Assembly (NCBI GenBank): GCA_964016885.1
Contig: OZ024742.1
Coordinates: 347,262,001 to 347,326,000 of the forward strand
Direction: 5' to 3'
Origin: Eledone cirrhosa
Taxonomy: Eukaryota
DNA length: 64,000 bases
Below are positions 12,755 through 24,654 of this stretch, piece after piece. Made by a program: the position numbers and the translations under genes. The first letter of the stretch is position 1, and the number at the start of each line of letters is the position of its first letter. A model generated the notes under the pieces. It worked only from the letters and a program-made list of their open reading frames with translations, searched no databases and was not told the origin of the DNA.

Positions 12755-15398
12755 TCGTTACGTTAGCAGGGGACTTCAATGGTCATGTTGGACAGCTCTA
12801 GGATGGTTACACTGGGGTACATGGTGGGCACGGTTACGGCTCAAGAAATGAAGAAGGAGTGAGACTTCTTGAATTTTGTGATGCAAGTACACTGACTATT
12901 TGCAACACTAACTTCCAGAAACCTGCCAACCACCTAATAACCTACAAATCAGGAGAGCACATAAGCCAGATTGACTTCTTACTAGTTAGGCAGTGGGACA
13001 GGCAGATGGTGTCAAATACCAAGGCATACCCTGGGAAAGAATGTACTCCACAGCATAGGTTAGTCGTTAGTGATATCTCAGTAAGCAAGAGATGGAATGA
13101 GACATACAGGAAGGTGTGGAGAAGAAAGGTCTGGAAGCTAAAACACCTTTCACTAAAATACAAATTTAGGAAAGCCCTTCAAGATGTGTATGACGAAAAA
13201 GAAGACAATTTAGAGTCGTATGACATAGATAATAACTGGAATTTCTTATGTGACAACTTACTACAGGCTACTGATGAAACTTGTGGCTGGAGCAGAGCTC
13301 CAACCATACAGAGAGTGACCTGGTGGTGGAACAGCACAGTAGATAAGGCGATTAGAGACAAAAGACTAGCATGGAAGGCTTGGAAAAAGGGTGGTAGTAA
13401 GAAGGATATACAGCCAGTAAGAGAGAAGCTAGACGTCAGGTGTACTTAGCACGCAGGGAGGCTGAGAGTAGGAGGTTTGCCAATGTTCTGCGACGAGAAG
13501 ATCAGAGGCGTGCGGTGATCCACATGGCAAGGCAGTAGGCAATGCAAATCAGGATGTTGTTGGAGATAAATGTGTCCAGAATGATGCCGGTGTACTTAGT
13601 GTCACGAATGATCAGATAAAGGAGGCCTGGAAATGTCATTATGAGAGACTGATGAATGTGGAGAACGAATGGGAGAGAGAGAAATTACCCTCAGTAGATC
13701 CGATAGAGGGACCAGTTATTGAGATTGACGAATATACGGTCCAAGAGGCAATTAAGGAAATGAAAAATGGTAAGGCTGCTGGACCGTCGGGGATAGTTGC
13801 TGAGATGCTGAAGGCATCAGGGAACGTTGGCACTAAACTGGTTGCACGCATCATCAATCAGGCTATATATGGTGGTATTCTCATAAATTGCTACAAAGGT
13901 AAAGGGGATGCTCTGGAGAGGAGCAACTATAGGGGTATAAAACTGATAGATCAGGTTATGAAAGTGGCAGAAAGGATATTAGCACAACTAATTAGAGAAA
14001 GGGTCAAACTAGATGAGATGCAGTTTGGTTTTGTGCCTGGCAAAAGTACAACAGATGCCCTCTTCTTGGTGAGACAATTACAAGAGAGGTTCTTAGAGAA
14101 AAATAAGCCACTATACTTAGCCTTTGTTGACCTAGAGAAGGCCTTTGATAGGGTACCCCGATCTGTCATCTGGTGGTCCCTAAGGAAACTAGGTGTTGAG
14201 GAATGGCTTGTGAGGTCAGTGCAAACTTTGTACAGAGGTACTGTCAGTAAAGTCAGGATAGGAATGGAGTTTAGTGAGGAATTCCAGTTACAGGTAGGAG
14301 TACATCAAGGTTCGGTCCTCAGCCCGCTCTTGTTCATTATAGTCCTCCAAGCCATAACAGAGGAGTTTAAGACTGGCTGTCCATGGGAACTTCTCTATGC
14401 TGACAATCTGGTTTTTATACCAGAATCAGTAGAGGAGCTAGAGAATAAATTCTGGCTATGGAAACAGCAGTTGGAAGCAAGAGGACTGAGAGTGAACCTA
14501 GCTAAGACAAAAGTGTTGATGAGTACAAAAGAGGATAAAACTCTGATTCCGTCAGGGAAATGGCCATGTTCGATATGCAGAAAAGGAACTGGCATAAATT
14601 CTATAAAATGTACACAATGCAGATCCTGGGTACACAAGAGATGTAGCGGGATAGCAGGCAAACTAACAGGTAGGGAGAAATACGTATGCAGTAGATGTAC
14701 AGGGAAATTAGACAGTAGAAGTCGCAATGATAAACACATTTTTCAAATGCAGGCGGGTGCTATAGAAGTGGTGGATAGCTTCCGGTACCTAGGAGATCAG
14801 ATTAGCATGGGGGGGGGGGGGTTCCGAGGCCATAGTATCTAGAATAGGACGGGTTGGAAGAAGTTTAGGGAGCTGCTTCCTCTGCTGACGAAGAAGGGTT
14901 TCTCCCTGCGTACGAAAGGCCGGTTGTATGATGCCTGTGTGAGGAGCGCGATGCTGCATGGTAGTGAGACATGGGCAGCAACTGCAGAGGATATGCGACG
15001 GCTAGAGAGAAATGAGGCAAGCATGCTCCGTTGGATGTGCAATGTCAATGTGCGTGAACGACCCAGCATGAATGTGTTGAGAGAGAAACTGTGTCTAAGA
15101 GGGATAGAATATAGTGTGCGAGAGAGGAGACTGAGGTGGTATGGACATGTGATGCGCATGGAGGATGAACGATGGGTGAAGAAGTGCCAGGAAATGCCAA
15201 TTGAAGGAAGACGTGGTAGAGGTAGACCACGAAAAACATGGGCGGAGGTGGTGAGAACAGACCTCAGATCACTGAAGCTCACGGTGGAGATGACGAAGGA
15301 CCGTGATAAGTGGAGAGATACTGTGCTGAATAAGACCCATCACACCCTTGCAAGCAGGGAAAAGCGGACGTAAAATTGGGGATGATGATGATGATGAT
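12755..15398 (+). mobile_element. RTE-clade LINE family A, 5'-truncated and frameshifted (APE endonuclease part, RT, Cys/His finger)
   Basis: AGDFNGHVG, SQIDFLL..QHRLV, DLEKAFDRV, QGSVLSP, YADN (decayed YADD), CSIC..CTQC..HKRC..CSRC, RLRWYGHV, GRPRKTW and a (GAT)n tail. Confidence 0.93.
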
Positions 15399-15646
15399 AT
15401 ACTTCGTTTTTGAATTTGTTAACAAAAACACACGCACCTGTTAGTTTTCACTTCAATTTATTATAAATTTCTGGTCGACTGGTTCAATAACCAGCCAGTT
15501 GTTTATATATTGTCAAAACTCTTTCGTCACACATCGTGACCGTCTCAGTGACTGATTTCTTATTTTGTGTCTCTCCTTTGTTCTGTCCTACACCATCTTT
15601 GAACTCAAAACACTATCCCTAATTAATACCAGCCCATCAAACCTGC

Positions 15647-16268
15647 ACTATATATATAAAGTTGTAGTTCTTGTCTGTTTGTTTGTTTGTTCACAAACTC
15701 CTCCTATGGTTTTGGAGATAGACCCCCCCCCCCATAACCATATATATTCTGAAACTACATTGCCCAGGGTACTTGGGTAAGTATATTTCATTTTAATCAA
15801 AGGGTTGCCCGGGGGCACAAAACCCCGCTGAAAGCTTTTTCCCTTCGATTTATATGAAATTTAAACCATAGGTAAATGACAAGATATGATGCCTATTCAC
15901 AAAATTTCAGCAAATTTCAATAATATTAAGAGACCCTAATGGGGGTTAAACCCCCTATAGTGAAAATTTTGGAAGCCCATAACTTGAGTATTGGAACCTC
16001 TATTATCACGGGGTTTTCTATTAATTAAACATAAATCAACAAAAAAAGCAACTCTCTTTTATAGTAAAATTTGGCCAATATAGACATTTTATCTATGGCA
16101 AAACATCACTAGAATTATGACAACAAAAATTATTAGTTAATGCCTCTACTTTTTTAACATTTTCCCTTTATTTTTTCTCCATAAATTATATCACTGATTT
16201 AAAATCAATCATCATTTTCTTACAAAAAAAAATAAGTGAAACGCAGCAAGGCGCGGGTAATTCGGCTA
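15647..16268 (+). mobile_element. Helitron/Helentron-like non-autonomous element
   Basis: 5' ctatatatataaa..gtctgtttgtttg and 3' gcagcaaggcgcgggtaattcggCTAG followed by t. The termini resemble short rolling-circle elements of invertebrates. Confidence 0.5.
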
Positions 16269-17089
16269 GTAGACAAATAAGCATCCCCGTAAATTTATTA
16301 TATACAAAATTCTGCATACAAGAAGCTTCCACCTTCTTGCCTCAATATCAAGTAAATGCTATTGATGATGGAGTAATCCTGAAATACCAAATTATTTGTC
16401 CTTCACAAATAGTTACAGTGGTAGCTGTGACATTATCACAGTTTGAAATATCCACAGCAAAATAATGTCTATTTGGCAGTATCAGTAGAGAGTCGGACGC
16501 CATGCTTTGCAGCATAGAGTTACGCCCCTTTATGATCTGAGTTCAAATCCCGCCAAGGTTAAGTGCCTTTCATCCTTAAGGGGTCGATAAAATAAAGTAC
16601 CAGTAATGCACTGTGATAATTGCTGGCCTTGTGCCAAAAATAGAAACAATTATACATAACCATATTGTCTATGCTTCCTTATTCAACTCCCCATCTATCT
16701 ATCACTCTCTCTCTCTCTCTCTACCTATTATCCATCTCTTCCTACCACTCCCACTCTCTTTATACTTGCCATTCTCTCTTTATATCATCATAATCATCAT
16801 TTCATTTTACGTCCGCTTTTTCCCTGCTTGCAAGGGTGGGACGGGAACTGATTTTGGCTGGATGTCCTTCCTAACACCAACCTCATTTACAGTGAGTGCT
16901 GGGTGCTTTTTTGCCGTGGCACCTCCACGACCACTTTGCAGTTTGCTTATATATATACACAGAGGTATCCACAGTAAGTTGTGGGGTCTATTCTGCATGA
17001 AGAACTCGATGTAATCCATATGTTGAAAATGTTGTAGGTTAAGATAAATCCCGGAAAACAATAAAACATTAAAAGGAAAACAGTCATGA

Positions 17090-17198
17090 TATAAGTTAAA
17101 ACAATGAAAAAAAAAATCAAGTCATTAGAGATATACTTCAGATATACTTGAAGTATATCTCTAATGACTTGATTTTTTATTTCATTGTTTTAACTTAT
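17090..17198. repeat. ~50-bp-arm inverted repeat (fold-back) next to (TA)n
   Basis: ataagttaaaacaatgaaa..atcaagtcattagagatatacttca / tgaagtatatctctaatgacttgat..ttcattgttttaacttat. Confidence 0.85.
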
Positions 17199-17220
17199 AT
17201 ATATATATATATATATATAT

Positions 17221-17380
17221 ATAGGAACAAGTATGACCCCGATGGCAGAGCTCAAGCCGTTTCGGCGGCTAATTCTGGACTGTTCCTATACTTGTTCCTA
17301 TTACCCACTCTACTACCCTAAGTATTGAGTACTTTGGTGCGTTATGGTCCATCTGGTTCCTTACCACATTTCCTTCGTTA
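17221..17380. repeat. Short fold-back repeat family in (TA)n (also 31801-31988 and partial 44945-44997)
   Basis: Shared ataggaa..gacccc.ga.ggcagagctcaagccgtttcg..ggcta and the tail cctattacccactctact.ccctaagtattgagta. Confidence 0.75.
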
Positions 17381-17392
17381 TATATATATATA

Positions 17393-17724
17393 TCATTTCA
17401 TTTTACGTCCGCTTTTTCCCTGCTTGCAAGAGTGGGACGGGAACTGATTCTGGCTTCATTTCTACAGCTGGATGCCCTTCCTAACACCAACCTCATTTAC
17501 AGTGAGTGCTGGGTGCTTTTTTGCCGTGGCACCTTCACGACCACTTTACAGTGGAATGATAGAGATCCCAGTCCCTATCATCTCATTTCTACAGCTGAGT
17601 AAACTGGAGCAATTTGAAATAAGGTGTCTTGCTCAAGGAAACAACACATCACCCGGTCTGAGATTTGAACTTACAACCTTTTAATTGCAAGGCCAATGCT
17701 CTAACCACTAAGCCATGTGCCTCC
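17393..17724 (-). mobile_element. SINE family A, full length
   Basis: Reverse complement matches 9619-9950. A partial copy lies at 16790-16942. Confidence 0.9.
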
Positions 17725-18126
17725 ATATATAGTAAATGGTTCAGTAGATTCATGGTTTACTGAGAAAGGTACCAAAATCAGCACTATGCTATGGCAGAGT
17801 GTATATATTAAAAACAAAATGTTATATATATATATACCTACCATTCCCACTCTACCTCTTTCTCTTTGAAACACACTTTCTCCAACTATATATATATTAG
17901 TTAATATTGCTACCACTACGTCTTTGCTTCAACACACCATCACCAACGCACTTTCTTTCTCAATCAATTAATACATTATTTACCTTTCGTAAATATGATG
18001 AACAGAATCAATGCCGTAACTATTCATTAACGACAGGTATCCGTCAATCATTGATTGACTATCCTTGTTCACACCAAGCGTGCTGACACTGACGCAAGTG
18101 TTTTTAGTGACATAAATAAGATGTAG

Positions 18127-18161
<35 letters not shown>

Positions 18162-18239
18162 GGAGGTGAGTTTTATTGAAGCACAATAAAGCAATGCAAA
18201 TATCGGATAAGTAGCACTCTACAGTTTGTAGGACTGGAG

Positions 18240-18560
18240 TATAAATAATATAAGATCAAAAGATGGTTAAAAGAGTTCCAAGTATTTTATTATGCACATT
18301 TCAAAAACAAATATCATCATGGGATGCTATCTGCGTTCTCATCAGATAAAATAGGGAGACATGATATGAAGCTTAAAAAACACTTGTGAGCAGTGAAGTT
18401 TTAAATCAACATATGAAAAATAAATTAAGATGGATGTATGAGATTGGGAAAAAGTGCAGAGTGGGAGGGATTGGAAAAGGTAAGGAAGAGGAAGAAATAA
18501 GAGTAAAGGATGATGGGGGAGGAGTATAAGAAGGAAGGATGAGAGAAGAGGAGAAATGGG

Positions 18561-18640
<80 letters not shown>

Positions 18641-20005
18641 CCTTTACAACTGAGAAAATATTGTCTCAGAGAGAAATTAAAAAACCGTTGGAAGATAATA
18701 GATAATTTAAAAGATTTTGAAGTTAAAAGTTAATGAGGTTTATGCATGAAGAAAAAGGAATTAAGAATAGTATTAAATTAAGGTTTGTATATTGAAGTGT
18801 TTAATAATATGTGCGAAGAAAAGAATCTATTAATATGTATTATTAAGATAAAAATATTAATGATATTAAGGATATAATGTGAAAAGAAGGAGAAGAATAA
18901 ATGAGTTATGAATTTAGAGGAATTAGTTAGGGTTTAAGTTTGTTTTTATGTATTGTAATATGTATACGTAAATAGTATGTTTAAAATGAGCATAGAAGGA
19001 GAGAAAAAAAAGAATGTTTAAGGAAGAAAATATCGAACGTCAAAAAGTATATATGTTTACGAAATATTTTCTAATGGTAATATTATAATATATTAAAAAG
19101 AAATTAGTTGGGGTTTAAGTTTGTTTTTATGTATTGTAATATGTAAAAGTAAAAGTTAGTAATGGGTTTAAAACAAGCAGGGAAGAAGAGAGGAGAGAAG
19201 AAAAATTTAGTGAAGAAAAAAAAATATCTAACATCAAAAATGTTTATATGTTTACGGAAATCTTCTAATGGTAATATTATAATGTATTAAAACAATATAG
19301 TTTTAATGGCCAATAATATGAGGAAAGATGGAAGAATGGAAAATGCTGTAGTGAGTAATAATATGAATTGAGAAGTAATTGGTAAGAAAAAGTACAGATT
19401 AGAGATTAGAAATTAAAAAAGAAAAAGGAAGAAAGGAAAATGATAAAGAAGAATGACATAGAATGAGTAATTTGTATTATATAATATATAATACTGAAAT
19501 AAGGTAGAAAGATGGGTATATTTATAAAAGATATATAAGCCTTTGTGAAAAGAGGATTTTAAACTAATAAGGTATTTAGATATTAGCTGTATACTTTATG
19601 GAATGTTCTGTGGAATTTATGCAAGCAGAGCGAAAATAAATCTGTGCGTCTATTTATTATAGGTTATAACTAATACTAATTCTTTTACCTATTTCGGTTC
19701 CACTTCCACTTCCTTCAAAGTTAGATTTTATAATCACAAATCGTCTTTTAAATACCAACTTAAAAGCACTAACACGGCACTCTCGGAACTCATATGGTCC
19801 TTAAAAGACAAAAATATTAACTATAACATCTCTTGGAGGAAGGTTTGTTCCGCCTCTCCCTACGTAAATTCTTCCCTATCCAGAACATGTAATCTCTGCC
19901 TAGCCGAGAAATTTACCATTATATCTAATTTCAATTCTATAATCTTTCTACCTTATTTCAGTATTATATATTATATAATAACCATCTTTTGATCTTATAT
20001 TATAT
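18240..20005 (-). mobile_element. Penelope-like element 3' part with inverted GIY-YIG segment
   Basis: Plus 19660-19940 reads FTYFGSTSTSFKVRFYNHKSSF..TALSELIWSLKDKNINYNISW..CNLCLAEK. Minus from 19660 continues INRRTDLFSLCLHKFHRTF*, then a long low-complexity 3'UTR and a hammerhead at 18286-18350. Confidence 0.75.
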
Positions 20006-20039
20006 ATATATATATAGTAATAATAATAAATTTGAAGAC

Positions 20040-22479
20040 TAAAATCCAAAGAGGGCTCGATAAGGATAAATATATATCAAATATATAAGAACCGTAGAGC
20101 AAATATTTATTAAAATAACAGATTAAAGTTTAAGCAAAGAATCGCTGCTTTCACCCTTAACGGGATCTTCTGAAACTAACAAAGTCAATCTGTAAACACA
20201 GAACTGGATATTTCAAAAAACGTTGCAACCGGAAGAAGACAAGAAGACGATACTTTGGTTCGTGGAAACGTTCGCTGGCAAAGAACGGGAAAAAACGAAT
20301 ATAATACGTCATTAATAGGAGCGGTGAAAAACAATTACGCGCAAAGACAGAACCACGTTTATGGTATAAAAGAGGTCGTAGACTAATGTTCTCTTAGGTG
20401 GTGCATAGAGACGTTCTCTGGCAATAAACGAAAAAAACGAAGATAATACGTCATATGTGGAGCGTGGGGAACAAAGCACGCAAAGACAAAACCACGTAAA
20501 TGGTATAGCAGAAGTCGTAGACTAAAATTCTAACTAGGAGACCGAATGAATCTCCGCTACAAAGTTAACAAAGTAAATAAATACAATACAGAAGTAATAG
20601 AAATAAATAAATACATACACGCAAACAAATACGTACATACACAAGCATACGCAAAAACTTACCATAGGTATACAAAACCACGCACATATAATATGTGTGT
20701 GTGTATGGGTGTATACAAATAAATAAATAATTATATAAAGGTATATAAATAAATACGTATATAACAAGCGCACACACATACCTACATGTAAAACACGAAT
20801 GTTCGGAGACGTAAGTCAACCAAAACATGAAGTACATATATACACACACCCTACATACGTACGAACCTGCATACTCACACAGACGCAAAACTCCCGTATA
20901 CACATAGCCAAACCATATGTACCAGAATATATAAAAATTATACGCCATAACAATCAAATATACGTACGAGAAATTATACGTACCTTCACAAAACATACGG
21001 GTAATATATACTTACCTATGCAAATAAGTAAAGGTAATAACAAAACATACTTAGCTCCCACATCAAGACGTAAATAATCCACGTATAGATCGTACTATCC
21101 GTTAGGGTATAGCGTGGGGCTGTAATACAGGAAAGTTTTGTGCAATTTATGTTTACAAGCCGAAATTGCCTCAGATTTTTGGTTTAAGATGTGGTCTGTG
21201 GCGTAGAGTATTTCCAGGGCCTCAGCGGCGCAAAGGTCACATGGTCTTTTATTTCCGTTATACGATCTAGCCCTAGCTAGGATTTCCCAGTGTAACTTAT
21301 ATTGGGTGTGGTTGTCTTTTAGACTCCAGATATAAGCTGAAAGTGACGTCATATTCCTTCTTAGAGGGTAACGAAAAGAATGGGTATGCATGTAAAGACG
21401 CTGCTTGAATCTATTGGCGGTTAACCCTATGTAGGCCCTACGGGACGTGGGTGTTACAACCTTACATTTGTAGACAATGTTACTAGAGAGGCATTTCCCA
21501 GACAGGGGGCAATCAACCCGATTCTTACAATTACAGTTAGTACTAACTACAGGGTTGCATGTGTTCCTAGGGCTAGGTAGTTTAGCTAAATTTGAAGCTG
21601 TGATGTTATGTGCAAGGTTAGGAGTCGTAGAGTAAGAAATTTTAATAGTATTTCTATTAAAAATTTTACTATATTTATGTGTAGGGGGAAAATGCTTCGT
21701 AATAAGGGAAAGAAAGATCTTAGCTAATGGTGTGGCCACCTCCATATTATATGGTGGGTTATACCAACAAATGCGACGGGTTCTATTTCTTCTAGGTCTA
21801 TTTTCGTACTTAGTATATGCTACCTTATCGACAAATCCACTTCGAGCAAGAGCTTCATTGTAATAAGTGGAATGGTCGTTGAAAATACGCTCGTTGGTGG
21901 AAAGACGGGAAAGCCTCAACGAAACGTTTCTTACCAGGTTCTTGGTTATGCTGGCAGGATGGTTGGAATGCTTACTTATGTAATTAAGCGTATCATTCGG
22001 CTTTCTATACGGGTAATACAACCCATTCAATAAATTGAGGGTAACGTCGAGGTAATTAACGACAGAGAGATTGGCTTCAACCTGTATAGAGAGGTTGAAG
22101 CCTTTGTTCCCCACGCTCCACATATGACGTATTATCTTCGTTTTTTTTCGTTCATTGCCAGAGAACGTCTCTATGCACCACCTAAGAGAACATTAGTCTA
22201 TGACCTCTTTTATACCATAATCGTGGTTCTGTCTTTGCGCGTAATTGTTTTTCACCGCTCCTATTAATGACGTATTATATTCGTTTTTTCCCGTTCTTTG
22301 CCAGCGAACGTTTCCACGAACCAAAGTATCGTCTTCCTGTCTTCCTCCGGTTGCAACGTTTTTTGAAATATCCAGTTCTGTGTTTACAGATTGACTTTGT
22401 TAGTTTCAGAAGATTAGGTTAGTTTCCCGTTAAGGGTGAAAGCAGCGATTCTTTGCTTAAACTTTAATCTGTTATTTTA

Positions 22480-22487
<8 letters not shown>
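20040..22487 (-). mobile_element. Penelope-like element, 5'-truncated, with inverted pLTR copy
   Basis: ORF 21095-22123 has YLDVTL, YRKP, SNHP, WYNPPY and GIY-YIG (IVYKC..YIGLT..FKQR..H..CDLC..E). 22103-22487 is an inverted copy of 20102-20475. Confidence 0.9.
21095..22123 (-). CDS. PLE RT C-terminus plus GIY-YIG endonuclease (truncated ORF)
   Basis: 342-aa uninterrupted frame with the PLE motifs listed above. The first few codons come from the inverted pLTR. Confidence 0.8.
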   Translation of the reverse strand: MWSVGNKGFNLSIQVEANLSVVNYLDVTLNLLNGLYYPYRKPNDTLNYISKHSNHPASITKNLVRNVSLRLSRLSTNERIFNDHSTYYNEALARSGFVDKVAYTKYENRPRRNRTRRICWYNPPYNMEVATPLAKIFLSLITKHFPPTHKYSKIFNRNTIKISYSTTPNLAHNITASNLAKLPSPRNTCNPVVSTNCNCKNRVDCPLSGKCLSSNIVYKCKVVTPTSRRAYIGLTANRFKQRLYMHTHSFRYPLRRNMTSLSAYIWSLKDNHTQYKLHWEILARARSYNGNKRPCDLCAAEALEILYATDHILNQKSEAISACKHKLHKTFLYYSPTLYPNG

Positions 22488-22558
<71 letters not shown>

Positions 22559-22560
<2 letters not shown>

Positions 22561-22837
22561 ATAGTTAAAGGATGAAGAGTAACATGGTTGGCTGTACAAT
22601 AAGGGCTTTACTTAAAGTACTGACAATTGTTTCGTTGATCAGGTGAGTCTAGAGTTCGCTAATCGCTTGAGGATGCGTCATTCGAACTCCAATACATTAT
22701 TTACCTCTGGTTAACACATCAGAGTACGTAGATATGCGAACTCTAGACTCACCTGATCAACGAAACAATTGTCAGTACTTTAAATAAAGCCCTTATTGTA
22801 CAGCCAACCATGTTACTCTTCATTCTTTAACTATTAT
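22559..22837. repeat. Fold-back element (~100-bp arms) containing a hammerhead-like motif
   Basis: Arms 22559-22660 and 22736-22837. Minus strand 22617-22727 reads gtact-CTGATGT-long stem-GAAA-caattg-TC-agtac. Confidence 0.75.
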
Positions 22838-22992
22838 TACTCCAAGTATAACCTACATAGAAATTACCGCGAACTCGTTGCATAACTATGGAAGCATTTT
22901 GTTGAGTTAAACAACGCCGTACGTTAAAACTATCCACGACGCAGAGTACTCACAACCTCTAACTAGATTACCTATAACGATAACTTGTTATC

Positions 22993-23074
<82 letters not shown>

Positions 23075-23125
23075 AAGTATGTGTGTATACGTACATACAT
23101 ATATGTATACAGACGTACAGTAGCA

Positions 23126-23169
<44 letters not shown>

Positions 23170-23265
23170 TATACATACAGGTACACATACATATATGCAC
23201 GTATCAGTTTAGCGGACGCTTCGAACGTTCAACTATCTGGCAGATGGGTATACGGTATACGGTAT

Positions 23266-23308
23266 ACGGTGCTGATGATAGCTAACAAGCTTGAAACTAG
23301 TACATCGT
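23266..23308 (+). ncRNA. Type I hammerhead ribozyme (copy 1)
   Basis: acggtg-CTGATGA-t-agct-aaca-agct-t-GAAA-ctag-TA-catcgt: stem I acggtg/catcgt, stem II agct/agct, palindromic stem III actagt, GUA cleavage triplet. Confidence 0.85.
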
Positions 23309-23476
23309 TCCTGTGTCAGTGTTGAACAAAAAGGTGACGTGGTTGCCTTAACAACGTACGGCATAAAAATTCAGGCTGTTCAGTTTGTTTACAAACGAAC
23401 AAAGCGGCGTTATAATAAGCGTCCGCTAAACTGATACGTGCATATATGTATGTGTACCTGTATGTATATATATGTA

Positions 23477-23552
<76 letters not shown>

Positions 23553-23788
23553 TGCTACTGTACGTCTGTATACATATATGTATGTACGTATACACACATA
23601 CTTACATTTAAGTAAGTGCCGTACTAAGAGTGAGAAATGAAATTTCGTTTTCATTTTATTTCAACTTATCGTTTTCGGTATGCCTGACCGACTTAACTCA
23701 CTCGATATGCAAATTAGGCTGCTCAGTCGTTAATTTTCATAAGGAAAGTATATACTTTCGAACGTTCAACTATCTGGCAGATGGGTAT

Positions 23789-23831
23789 ACGGTGCTGATG
23801 ATAGCTAACAAGCTTGAAACTAGTACATCGT
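23789..23831 (+). ncRNA. Type I hammerhead ribozyme (copy 2)
   Basis: Identical core to copy 1. Stem I extends through ctggca/tgtcag and gttcaac/gttgaac. Confidence 0.87.
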
Positions 23832-24261
23832 TCCTGTGTCAGTGTTGAACAAAAAGGTGACGTGGTTGCCTTAACACCGTGCGGCATAAAAATTCAGGCT
23901 GTTCGGTTTGTTTACAAACGAACAAAGCGGCGTTATAATAAGCGTCCGCTAAACTGATACGTGCATATATGTATGTGTACCTGTATGTATATATATGTAT
24001 ATATATATATGTATATATATATGCATGCTACTGTACGTTTGTATACATATATGTATGTACGTATACACACATACTTACATTTAAGTAAGTGCCGTACTAA
24101 GAGTGAGAAATGAAATTTCGTTTTCATTTTATTTCAACTTATCGTTTTCGGTATGCCTGACCGACTTAGCTCACTCGATATGCAAATTAGGCTGCTCAGC
24201 CGTTAATTTTCATAAGGAAAGTATATACTTTCGAACGTTCAACTATCTGGCAGATGGGTAT

Positions 24262-24304
24262 ACGGTGCTGATGATAGCTAACAAGCTTGAAACTAGTACA
24301 TCGT
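24262..24304 (+). ncRNA. Type I hammerhead ribozyme (copy 3)
   Basis: Identical core to copies 1 and 2. Confidence 0.87.
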
Positions 24305-24453
24305 TGCTGTGTCAGTGTTGAACAAAAAGGTGACGTGGTTGCCTTAACACCGTGCGGCATAAAAATTCAGGCTGTTCGGTTTGTTTACAAACGAACAAAG
24401 CGGCGTTATAATAAGCGTCCGCTAAACTGATACGTGCATATATGTATGTGTAC

Positions 24454-24542
<89 letters not shown>

Positions 24543-24654
24543 TGCTACTGTACGTCTGTATACATATATGTATGTACGTATACACACATACTTACATTTA
24601 AGTAAGTGCCGTACTAAGAGTGAGAAATGAAATTTCGTTTTCATTTTATTTCAA

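Noticed and set aside
15505-15555. Hammerhead on minus strand as a functional ribozyme
   Set aside because: Stems are present but the core reads CTGAGAC, so it is treated only as a decayed relative of the 45072-45115 motif.
22972-24644. Many YIYI-type ORFs and the repeated 72-aa [12 protein letters not shown]..
   Set aside because: These are (TA)n translations and chance frames in the ribozyme repeat, with no protein-like features.
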